This document shows, piece by piece, positions 10,694 to 18,778 of a DNA stretch of 64,000 nucleotides; the first letter of the stretch is position 1, and every line of letters begins with the position of its first letter. This stretch comes from Candidatus Palauibacter sp. (GTDB lineage Bacteria; Gemmatimonadota; Gemmatimonadetes; Palauibacterales; Palauibacteraceae), in contig NZ_OZ253465.1 in the NCBI RefSeq assembly GCF_965261555.1, positions 686,667-750,666 of the forward strand, given 5' to 3'. Position numbers and translations under genes: made by a program. Under the pieces are notes generated by a model. That model saw nothing but the letters and a program-made list of their open reading frames with translations, was not told the origin of the DNA and made no database searches.

Positions 10694-12201
10694 TGCTGGT
10701 CTTCGATCTCGCGCTCAAGTCGCTCCGCAATCGCGCCTTCAGCACCTCGCTCACGGTGGGCTCCATCGCCCTCAGCGTCGCCCTCCTGATCGGCGTGGAG
10801 AACGTGCGCGTGGGGATGCGCGAGAGCTTCTCCAACACCATCAGCCAGACCGACCTCATCGTGGGCACCAAGGGCGGCACGATTCAGCTGCTGCTGTATT
10901 CGGTCTTCGGCATGGGAGCGCCGACGGAGAACGTCTCGTGGGAGGCCTACAGAGAGTGGGCGGACCACCCCGCGGTCGAGTGGACCATCCCCTACGGCCT
11001 GGGGGACAGCCACAGAGGGTTCCGGGTCATCGGCACGAACGAGGACTTCTACCGCCACTACCGCTACCGCGGAGGTCAGCAGATCGCGCTGGCCGAGGGA
11101 CGGGCGAACGAGGGCCTGTTCGACGTGACGCTGGGCGCGGACGTGGCGACCGAGCTGAACTACGCGCTCGGCGACGAGATCGCGGTGACGCACGGGCTCG
11201 GCGAAGTGGGTTTCGTGACCCACGACCACATGCCCTTCACGGTCACGGGCGTCCTCGCGAAGACGTTCACCCCCGTCGACCGCGCGATCTACGTGACCCT
11301 CGAGGGCATGGAGGCCATCCACTGGGAGGACGGAGCGCCGCCAGCGTCGGACGACGAACACGACCACGAGGCGGAGGCGGAGGCGGCCCCCGCCGACGAT
11401 GGCCACGCCCATGACGACGAGGCCGAGGCGCACGCGGCTTCCGCCGACGACGGCCACGCCCATGACGACGAGGCCGAGGCGCACGCGGCTTCCGCCGACG
11501 ACGGCCACGCCCATGACGACGAGGCCGAGGCCGAGGCGGCTTCCGCCGACGATGGCCACGCCCACGACGACGAAGCGGAGGCGCAGGCGGCTCCCGCCGA
11601 TGATGGCCACGTCCACGCGGAGGATATCTCGATCGAGGATGTCGAGGTCACGCAGGTCACCTCGTTCTTCGTGGGCACGACCAACCGCCGGGACGTGCTC
11701 CAGCTGCAGCGCGAGATCAACGACTTCGAGGATGAGCCGATGATGGCCGTGATCCCCGGCGTCGCCCTGAACGAGATGTGGCAGGGCCTGGCCTACGCCG
11801 AGACCGGGCTGCGGCTGGTGGCCATCTTCGTTGTCCTGGTAGGGCTGCTCGGGATGCTGGTCTCGCTCTACACGTCGCTCAACGAGCGCCGGCGCGAGAT
11901 GGCGATCCTGCGCGCCGTCGGCGCCGGACCCAACCGGATCATCACCCTGCTCGTGCTCGAATCGCTGTGTCTGGCCTCGGCGGGAGCGCTCGCGGGACTC
12001 ACGCTGGTGTACGCGCTGCTCTCGGTCGCACAGCCCATCGTCGAGGCGCAGGCGGGGCTCTTCATCCCGATCCGGCCGCCCGGTTCCATCGAGCTGCTCT
12101 TCCTCGGCGCCGTGGTGCTGGCCGGATTCCTGATGGGCTTCGTACCCGCGCTCAAGGCCTACCGCACCGCCCTCCACGACGGGCTGGCGGTGCGGGTCTA
12201 G
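10693..12201 (+). CDS. ABC transporter permease (FtsX/MacB-like) with a His-rich repeat insertion in the periplasmic loop
   Basis: N-terminal TM then MacB_PCD-like loop, C-terminal FtsX 3-TM bundle; loop carries 4.5 x ADDGHAHDDEAEAHAAS repeats. Confidence 0.85.
   Translation: MLVFDLALKSLRNRAFSTSLTVGSIALSVALLIGVENVRVGMRESFSNTISQTDLIVGTKGGTIQLLLYSVFGMGAPTENVSWEAYREWADHPAVEWTIPYGLGDSHRGFRVIGTNEDFYRHYRYRGGQQIALAEGRANEGLFDVTLGADVATELNYALGDEIAVTHGLGEVGFVTHDHMPFTVTGVLAKTFTPVDRAIYVTLEGMEAIHWEDGAPPASDDEHDHEAEAEAAPADDGHAHDDEAEAHAASADDGHAHDDEAEAHAASADDGHAHDDEAEAEAASADDGHAHDDEAEAQAAPADDGHVHAEDISIEDVEVTQVTSFFVGTTNRRDVLQLQREINDFEDEPMMAVIPGVALNEMWQGLAYAETGLRLVAIFVVLVGLLGMLVSLYTSLNERRREMAILRAVGAGPNRIITLLVLESLCLASAGALAGLTLVYALLSVAQPIVEAQAGLFIPIRPPGSIELLFLGAVVLAGFLMGFVPALKAYRTALHDGLAVRV
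11392..11625 (+). repeat. 51-bp in-frame tandem repeat (about 4.5 units) encoding a His/Asp/Glu-rich motif
   Basis: Units at 11392, 11443, 11494 and 11545 are near-identical (gccgacgatggccacgcccatgacgacgaggccgaggcgcacgcggcttcc). Confidence 0.85.
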
Positions 12202-12243
12202 CGGACCGCGGGCTGCCGGCGGCCCTCAGCCTGCCGGTAGCTC

Positions 12244-13050
12244 TCAGCTCGATGCGCGGGCGGGCTCCTCCACCTGCGCATACGCGTCGTGCTCGTGGAT
12301 CGACTCGAAGTTGATCACGTGGACGCTGAACCAGGTCACGTGGCTCAGTGCGCGGAGACGGAGCGTGACCTCGCGGACCAGGTCCTCGACGAACCGGGGA
12401 TTGTCGTACGCGTGCTCCGTGACCCACTTCTCGTCGGCGCGTTTCAGCACGGGATAGAGCTCGCACGAGGCCGATGCGTCCACCAGCGCCACGACATCCT
12501 CTATCCACAGCCGCCCCGTGAAGCGCGTCTTGACGGTGACGATGCTGCGCTGGTTGTGCGCCCCGCGCGCGCTGATCTCCCGGGAGCACGGACACAGCGT
12601 CGTCACGGGGATCTTGACCGTGAGGATGAAGTCGTCCTCCGCTCCGCTGGAGGCGTCGAAGGCGCAATCGTACGACAGCAGGCCCGCCGCACCGGTCACG
12701 GGAGCTTGCTTCTCCACGAAGTAGGGGAAGGAGATGCCGAGGTGGGCGGTCTCGGCGTTGAGGCGCTCGCGCATCGTGCGCAGGATCGCGGGCAGCGCTT
12801 CCACCGAGATCTCGTCATCGTACGAATTGAGGATCTCCATGAAGCGGCTCATGTGGGTCCCCTTGAAGTCGTGGGGAAGGTCCACGGACATGTCGATGTT
12901 GGCGATCGTGTGCTGCGCCGTCTTCCGTCGGTCCCTCACGGAGATGGGAAAGCGGACGTTCTGTACGCCCACGCGGCTGATCGGCACCATGCGCGTGTCG
13001 GGATGGGCCTGCACGTCGGCCAGCGGGGCCGCGTCGAGGAAGTTCGTCAT
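12244..13050 (-). CDS. folE2: GTP cyclohydrolase I type 2 (FolE2/MptA family)
   Basis: 268 aa; family-typical N-terminus (DVQ..PDTRMVPISRVGVQNVRFPI) and a Cys-rich active-site region (TTLCPCSREIS). Confidence 0.75.
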   Translation of the reverse strand: MTNFLDAAPLADVQAHPDTRMVPISRVGVQNVRFPISVRDRRKTAQHTIANIDMSVDLPHDFKGTHMSRFMEILNSYDDEISVEALPAILRTMRERLNAETAHLGISFPYFVEKQAPVTGAAGLLSYDCAFDASSGAEDDFILTVKIPVTTLCPCSREISARGAHNQRSIVTVKTRFTGRLWIEDVVALVDASASCELYPVLKRADEKWVTEHAYDNPRFVEDLVREVTLRLRALSHVTWFSVHVINFESIHEHDAYAQVEEPARASS

Positions 13051-13143
13051 ATGTCTTCAACCTTACCGGGTTCATGCCGTCCATCGGGTTCCACGATCCA
13101 CCCAAACTATCGAAAAAAGGGCGCGAGGGCTCATATTCCCGCC

Positions 13144-13698
13144 ATGGACCATTCATCGGAAGGGCCCGGCGGCGCCGTCGCCCGGATCGGCATCGTCTCG
13201 GTTTCGGACCGCGCCTTCCGAGGCGTATACGAGGACCGGGGCGGTCCGACGGTCGAGGCGTACCTCAGCGACGTCCTCACCTCGCCGTGGGAGGCGGCCG
13301 CGCGCGTCATCCCCGACGAACCGGAGCTGATCCGCGCGACGCTGGTCGAGCTGGTCGACGAGGCCGGGTGTTGCCTCGTCATCACCACCGGGGGCACCGG
13401 ACCCGCCCCGCGCGACGTCACCCCGGAGGCGACCGCCGCGGTGCTGGACAAGGAACTCGCCGGCTTCGGTGAAGCGATGCGCGCGGTCTCCCGACCCCAC
13501 GTGCCGACCGCGATCCTCTCACGCCAGACCGCGGGCGTCCGGGGTTCGGCGCTGATCATCAACCTCCCGGGGTCGCCTAAGGCCGTGAGCGAGTGCCTGG
13601 ACGCGGTGTTCGCGGCGGTGCCCGACTGCGTCGACCTCATCGGCGGACCCCGTCTGGAAACCGATCCGGACAAGGTGGAGGCCTACCGTCCCCACTGA
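13144..13698 (+). CDS. mogA: molybdenum cofactor biosynthesis protein (MogA/MoaB family)
   Basis: In-frame ATG at 13144; MoCF_biosynth pattern IGIVSVSDRA..GGTGPAPRDVTPEAT..LPGSPKAV. Confidence 0.75.
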   Translation: MDHSSEGPGGAVARIGIVSVSDRAFRGVYEDRGGPTVEAYLSDVLTSPWEAAARVIPDEPELIRATLVELVDEAGCCLVITTGGTGPAPRDVTPEATAAVLDKELAGFGEAMRAVSRPHVPTAILSRQTAGVRGSALIINLPGSPKAVSECLDAVFAAVPDCVDLIGGPRLETDPDKVEAYRPH

Positions 13699-13716
13699 CC
13701 CGCGGCCGCTGCGGGT

Positions 13717-13756
13717 GGTTTGCATAATTATTCACCATCTGGTATAATTTTCCGCT
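13717..13756 (+). promoter_or_regulatory. candidate sigma70 promoter (TTGCAT-17-TATAAT) overlapped by two tandem ARG-box-like sites upstream of argG
   Basis: TTTGCATAATTATTCACC at 13719-13736 matches the ARG-box consensus tnTGAATwwwwATTCAnw with one core mismatch; a second weaker box CTGGTATAATTTTCCGCT lies 2 bp downstream; -35 TTGCAT at 13720-13725 and -10 TATAAT at 13743-13748. Confidence 0.5.
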
Positions 13757-13796
13757 TCTTGAGCCGTCTCTCCCCTGCGATTCTCAGGATCGACGC

Positions 13797-15122
13797 ATGA
13801 ATAACAGCACGACGAAGGACGTGAAGCGGGTCGCCCTCGCGTATTCCGGCGGCCTCGATACATCGGTGATGGTCACCTGGCTGAAGGAGAACTACGGCTG
13901 CGAAGTCGTCGCAGCCGTCGTGGACGTCGGACAGCGGGAAGACTTCAACGAGATCCGCGACAAGGCGCTGGCGACGGGGGCCGTCGCCTGCCGGGTCGTC
14001 GATCTCCGCGAGCGGTTCCTCACCGAGTGCGCGTTCCCGGCGCTCAAGGCGGGGGCCGTGTACGAGGGCCGCTACCTGCTCGGCACCTCCCTCGCCCGGC
14101 CCGTGATCGCGGCCGCCCAGGTCGAGGTCGCGCGGGAGTTCGACTGCGACGCCGTCGCGCACGGCTGCACCGGAAAGGGCAACGACCAGGTCCGCTTCGA
14201 ACTCGCCTACCAGGCGCTCGCGCCGGACCTGACCGTCATCGCCCCCTGGCGCGAATGGGAGATCACGTCGCGCGAGGACGCCTTCGCGTATGCCGCGGAG
14301 CGGGACATCCCCGTGCCGGGGAGCCCCCGGAAGCTCTACAGCATCGACCGAAATCTGTGGCACACCTCGTTCGAGGGCGGCATCCTCGAGGACCCGACGG
14401 CGGCGACGCCGGACGAGTTGCGCGAACTCACGGTGGACCCGGCCGAGGCGCCGGACACGCCCGCGGACGTCGTCATCTCGTTCGAACGCGGGGTGCCGGT
14501 CGCGCTCGACGGCGAAGCGCTCGATCCGGTGACGCTCGTGCAGAGGCTGAACGAGACGGCCGGGGCCCACGGGGTGGGGCGCGTCGACCTCGTGGAGAAC
14601 CGGCTCGTCGGCATGAAGAGCCGCGGAGTCTACGAGACGCCGGCCGGGACCGTCCTCCTCGCCGCGCTCGCGGACCTGGAGGCGCTCACCCTCGACCGCG
14701 ACACGGCGGGCTTCAAGCGCGGCATCGCGGACCGGTACGGGGAACTCGTCTACCAGGGTCTCTGGTTCTCGCCGCTGCGGGCGGCGTTCGACGCCTTCCT
14801 CGACGAGGCGCACGCCATGTCGACCGGAGACGTGACGGTGCGGCTGTTCAAGGGTTCCGCGATGCCCGTCGCGCGGACGTCCCGCTACTCGCTGTACCGG
14901 GAGGACCTCGCCACGTTCGAGGAGGATTCGGTCTACGACCAGGCCGATGCGGGCGGGTTCGTCCGCCTGTGGGGCCTCCCCTCGAGTCTCGCCGCGCGCG
15001 TGCGGGCGAGGGCGGCGAGCGGCGACCGGGACTGGGCCGCGTCCGCTTCCGTCGAGACCGTCCGAAGCTCGGCGAAGCCGATGCAGCGGCCCGGGCGGGC
15101 GGTGGCATCCGGGTCGCGCTGA
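13797..15122 (+). CDS. argG: argininosuccinate synthase
   Basis: N-terminal AYSGGLDTSV PP-loop and a conserved ArgG core; 441 aa. Confidence 0.95.
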   Translation: MNNSTTKDVKRVALAYSGGLDTSVMVTWLKENYGCEVVAAVVDVGQREDFNEIRDKALATGAVACRVVDLRERFLTECAFPALKAGAVYEGRYLLGTSLARPVIAAAQVEVAREFDCDAVAHGCTGKGNDQVRFELAYQALAPDLTVIAPWREWEITSREDAFAYAAERDIPVPGSPRKLYSIDRNLWHTSFEGGILEDPTAATPDELRELTVDPAEAPDTPADVVISFERGVPVALDGEALDPVTLVQRLNETAGAHGVGRVDLVENRLVGMKSRGVYETPAGTVLLAALADLEALTLDRDTAGFKRGIADRYGELVYQGLWFSPLRAAFDAFLDEAHAMSTGDVTVRLFKGSAMPVARTSRYSLYREDLATFEEDSVYDQADAGGFVRLWGLPSSLAARVRARAASGDRDWAASASVETVRSSAKPMQRPGRAVASGSR

Positions 15123-15130
15123 ACCGCCCG

Positions 15131-16603
15131 ATGCCGGATCCGGATGAAGCTCTCTGGGGAGGGCGCTTCGCGGCGCCCGTCCATCCGGCGGTCCAGGAGT
15201 TCACGAACTCGCTGCCGTTCGACCGCCGGCTCGTCCGACACGACCTCCTCGCGAGCCTTGCGCACGCCCGCATGCTGCGCGAGACGGAGATCCTCGCCGG
15301 GAGCGACAGCGACCTGATCCTGTCCGGCCTGTCGGAGATGCTGCGGGAGGTGGAGACGGGAGAACTCGAGGTCGGGGGGCCGGACGAGGACGTGCACACC
15401 TGGATCGAACGCACGCTCGTCGAGCGCGTGGGGGACGCCGGCAAGCGGCTCCACACGGCGAGGAGCCGGAACGACCAGACGGCGGTCGCGCTGAGGCTGT
15501 ACGTGCGCGAGCGCCTCGAGGACATCCTCTCCGGGGTCGCGGGGCTGCAGCGCGTGCTGACCGGCCAAGCGGCCTCGTTCCGCGAGACCTTTCTGCCCGG
15601 CTACACGCACCTCCAGCCGGGGCAGCCGGTGAGCCTCGCGCACCACCTTCTCGCCCACGCGGCCTCGCTCGGCGCGGACGCGGAACGGCTCCGGGCGGCG
15701 CACCGGCTGGCCGGCGTGTCGCCGCTCGGCGCGGGGGCGCTCGCCGGCACGTCGTTCCCCATCGATCCGGCCCGCTGCGCCGCCCTGCTCGGGCTCGACC
15801 GCACGTTCGCCAACAGCATGCACATCGTGGGCGACCGCGACTACGTGCTCGACGCGGCCTACGCGTGCGCCGTGCTCTCCGTGCATCTCTCGCGCTGGGC
15901 GGATGAGATCGTGCTCTGGTCGACGCGGGAGTTCGGGTTCATCGAACTCGACGACTCCGTGGCGCAGGGCAGCAGCATCATGCCGCAGAAAAAGAACCCC
16001 GAGGCGGCCGAGATCCTGCGCGGGAAGTCGGCCCGGGCGATCGGCAACGTGACGGCGCTGCTCGCGCTGATGAAGGGTCTTCCGCTCACGTTCAACAGCG
16101 ACTTTCAGGAAGACAAGGAACGCCTGTTCGACACGCTCGACACGGCGGACTGGTCCCTCGCCGCAGCGATTGCGGTGGCGCGGGGTGTTAACTACCGGAC
16201 GGACGTCATGGAAGCCGCGCTCGCGGGCGGGATGCTGACCGCCACCGAACTCGCCGACCATCTCGTCCGCCGCGGCGTCCCGTTCCGACGGGCGCACCAC
16301 CAGGTCGGCGAGGCGGTGCGCCTGGCCGAGGAAGGCGGAATGGAGCTATGGGAACTGGATTTCGAAACCCTGCGGACGTGCTGTCCTTCCGCGGGAGACG
16401 ACGTACACGAAGTGCTGCGGCCGCAGGCCGCCGTCGCGGCGCACGACTCGCCCGGCGGGCCGGCGCCGGGACGCGTGCTGGAGCAATTGCAGGAAGTCGA
16501 CCGCGAGGTGGCGGCGCTCGAAGCCTGGCTGGATGGGCGCACCGATCCGCCGATCCGGCGCGCCCACCTCGAGGAGCGGCTCCTGGACGCCGCGCTCGCA
16601 TAG
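15131..16603 (+). CDS. argH: argininosuccinate lyase
   Basis: In-frame ATG at 15131; fumarate-lyase signature GSSIMPQKKNPEAAE; 490 aa. Confidence 0.95.
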   Translation: MPDPDEALWGGRFAAPVHPAVQEFTNSLPFDRRLVRHDLLASLAHARMLRETEILAGSDSDLILSGLSEMLREVETGELEVGGPDEDVHTWIERTLVERVGDAGKRLHTARSRNDQTAVALRLYVRERLEDILSGVAGLQRVLTGQAASFRETFLPGYTHLQPGQPVSLAHHLLAHAASLGADAERLRAAHRLAGVSPLGAGALAGTSFPIDPARCAALLGLDRTFANSMHIVGDRDYVLDAAYACAVLSVHLSRWADEIVLWSTREFGFIELDDSVAQGSSIMPQKKNPEAAEILRGKSARAIGNVTALLALMKGLPLTFNSDFQEDKERLFDTLDTADWSLAAAIAVARGVNYRTDVMEAALAGGMLTATELADHLVRRGVPFRRAHHQVGEAVRLAEEGGMELWELDFETLRTCCPSAGDDVHEVLRPQAAVAAHDSPGGPAPGRVLEQLQEVDREVAALEAWLDGRTDPPIRRAHLEERLLDAALA

Positions 16604-16616
16604 CAGCGAGGCTGTC

Positions 16617-17084
16617 ATGACGCCCGAACGCCGCAGGACCCGCGAGCGGGCGATCCTTCACATCATCGACACCCAGGAGATCCGGAGCCAGATCGAACTC
16701 GTGGCGGCGCTCGCGCGAGAGGGGATCTCGACCACGCAGACGACGCTGTCCCGCGACTTCCGCCGCCTCGGCATCGTGAAGCGGGCCGACGCCGGCGGAC
16801 CCAGATATCACCGGCCCGGACGGGACACGACGCCGCCCTCCCCGCGGCGCATGCTGGAGGCGACGCTGAGCGAACTCGCGCTGGACGTCGGCCCGGGCGA
16901 TGCGCTGTTCGCGATTCGCACGCTGAGCGGCTGCGCCAATGCCGTCGCGATCTCCATCGACGAGGCGGATCTGGAGGGCGTCCTCGCGACGGTGGCGGGA
17001 GATGACACGATCCTCGTGCTGTGCCGCGACGCGGAGACCCGTTCCCGGCTCGTGAACGAGTTCAGGTCGCTCGCCCAACTCTGA
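16617..17084 (+). CDS. argR: arginine repressor
   Basis: In-frame ATG at 16617; N-terminal winged-helix (ELVAALAREGISTTQTTLSRDFRRLGI) and C-terminal arginine-binding domain (GDDTILVLC). Confidence 0.85.
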   Translation: MTPERRRTRERAILHIIDTQEIRSQIELVAALAREGISTTQTTLSRDFRRLGIVKRADAGGPRYHRPGRDTTPPSPRRMLEATLSELALDVGPGDALFAIRTLSGCANAVAISIDEADLEGVLATVAGDDTILVLCRDAETRSRLVNEFRSLAQL

Positions 17085-17086
17085 AC

Positions 17087-17130
17087 CGGCGCCGCGCGGC
17101 GGCGCGACTGACGTTAGTTTTGTTCCGTGT
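17087..17130 (+). terminator. possible intrinsic terminator after argR (GC-rich palindrome followed by a T-rich tract)
   Basis: ccggcgccgcgcggcggcgcg palindrome, then ..ttagttttgtt. Confidence 0.3.
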
Positions 17131-17199
17131 CGGCGCTCGTCTGCACGAACGGGCTCGGCGTCCCGTGCAAGAAGTCGCGCGACGCACGGATTTCGTCGG

Positions 17200-18408
17200 C
17201 TACGAGAAGAACTGCTGTCGCACCTCGCCGCTGCCGACGAACTGTGACAGCAGGCGATAGTTATTGCGTTCAAAGCGCACGCGGCCCGCCACGACGGCCG
17301 GATGAACTCCCACATCGCTTGCGAAGTGCATCACGTTCATCGCTGTGGGGCGTTCACGAACGCGGCTGGCGTCCCATACGTCCCCAGGGATCAGTGCCTC
17401 CTCCGCCCACTCGTCAGCCTCGACTTCGCGCGGATCCTCCGTGGAAGGCCGGGCGCGACGAAGGGACTGATCGTCGAGAAACGCCTGGGGATCGTCGTAG
17501 TCCATGTGACGCCCCACATGAGCCAGTTCGTGCAGCAGACAGAACCAGAAGTTGTCTATGCGATCGTGCCGGAGCGTCAGAGCCACCACGGGGGTCCCGT
17601 CGGCGAGCTGCAGCGCGGCGCCGTCAAGGTACGTGCGGGGCAGGTGTTCCAGGGCCACGAACGGGATTCCAAGTTCCGCCAAGGTGGCGGCGGCGCGGCG
17701 GGGACCATCTCGCAGCGGACTCATCTTTGCCAGTTCGCCCAGCACCTCCGGGGTGATGCAGCCCGGAGCGAAATCCGCCTCTGGTCGGTTCGCGTTCGCG
17801 ACCGCCATCACCTGCCAACACCAGGCCTGCAGCGCGTAGGCGTCCGACTTGGCGTTTGCCCGGAGGCCCGTTTGCCGAAACATCACGGCGCTGCCGGGCC
17901 CAACGCCGGCGCGCTCAACAAACCGCTCCATGATCTCCTTGGCATGGTGAACCAGAGATGGAACCTTCGGGACCCATCCGCGATTGGCCATCGTGCGGAG
18001 CGGGAAACGCCTCCAGTGGTCGTCGTCCCAGTCTTCCGGCGGATCCGGCCGCCGCAGCAGAATGTCGGCCCGAACGTCCAGGTGCTTATGTAGCGCCCGT
18101 GCCATGGGGAGCGTCAGCGGGCGCTTGCGACCGAGTACTTCCGACACCCTCGCGGCACTCCCGATGAAGGGAACCAGGTCACGAGGCGACAGACCGCGCT
18201 CTTCCATGCGCAACTTGATGGCGTCGACTGGATCCAGGTCGCCAATGGGGAAGTGCCTGCGCTCATAGAGTTCCACCAAGTCCGCCAGGATGTCCAACTC
18301 TCCCGCTCGATCGCTCCCCGGATCCGCGCCCATCAGTTCGGAAATCCGAGAAAGAGCGGCCTGGTAGGCCGTGTCGGAGCGGATGGGTCTCAGCTGTGGC
18401 ATCTTCAT
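17200..18408 (-). CDS. higA: HigA antitoxin (E. coli-type XRE HTH) fused to an ImmA/IrrE family metallopeptidase domain
   Basis: Start MKMPQLRP at 18408 overlaps the higB stop by 11 nt; N-terminal ~125 aa align with E. coli HigA (IGSAARVSEVLGRKRPLTLPMARAL vs IGSKSMVSRVLSGKRKLTLEHAKKL); C-terminal ~270 aa carry the HEXXH motif (LLHELAHV) of COG2856/DUF955. Confidence 0.8.
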   Translation of the reverse strand: MKMPQLRPIRSDTAYQAALSRISELMGADPGSDRAGELDILADLVELYERRHFPIGDLDPVDAIKLRMEERGLSPRDLVPFIGSAARVSEVLGRKRPLTLPMARALHKHLDVRADILLRRPDPPEDWDDDHWRRFPLRTMANRGWVPKVPSLVHHAKEIMERFVERAGVGPGSAVMFRQTGLRANAKSDAYALQAWCWQVMAVANANRPEADFAPGCITPEVLGELAKMSPLRDGPRRAAATLAELGIPFVALEHLPRTYLDGAALQLADGTPVVALTLRHDRIDNFWFCLLHELAHVGRHMDYDDPQAFLDDQSLRRARPSTEDPREVEADEWAEEALIPGDVWDASRVRERPTAMNVMHFASDVGVHPAVVAGRVRFERNNYRLLSQFVGSGEVRQQFFS

Positions 18409-18418
18409 GTTCCCCCAG

Positions 18419-18712
18419 TCAGATCGTGGCCGCGTCCACTCCGTTGTATTCGCTGTGCGTGCCCGCAAACCGCACGAAGACTATCCCGTTGGCGTAGTCC
18501 ACTTGCACGACGATTCGGTAACGGTTTCCTCGAATCCTGAAAACCACTCTGCGATCGGGCAGGATGCTTGGATTCCATCTACCGGCCCGGATATCAGCAG
18601 GGCTGACCCACTCAGCCCGTTCGACACCTTGAATCCAGTCCACGAACGCGCTCCGCGCGTCCGCGTGATCCCTTGCGCAGTCGTGGATCAGTTTCGTGGA
18701 GATGATCCGCAT
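18419..18712 (-). CDS. higB: type II toxin HigB (RelE/ParE superfamily)
   Basis: 97 aa; ..FRIRGNRYRIVVQVDYANGIVFVRFAGTHSEYNGVD matches the HigB family consensus. Confidence 0.85.
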   Translation of the reverse strand: MRIISTKLIHDCARDHADARSAFVDWIQGVERAEWVSPADIRAGRWNPSILPDRRVVFRIRGNRYRIVVQVDYANGIVFVRFAGTHSEYNGVDAATI

Positions 18713-18778
18713 GGCATCCTGACATCGAGTACATCCTCATCCAAGACATCGCACTTAGTAAGTTTCCAAACCGGAAAG

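Noticed and set aside
10405-12177. 590-aa minus-strand ORF
   Set aside because: Antisense to the FtsX-like permease. The permease has clear TM topology and Walker-partnered context.
13728-16300. Long minus-strand ORFs (361 aa and 455 aa) across the arg genes
   Set aside because: Antisense to argG and argH. They have a high-GC antisense composition and no recognisable domains.
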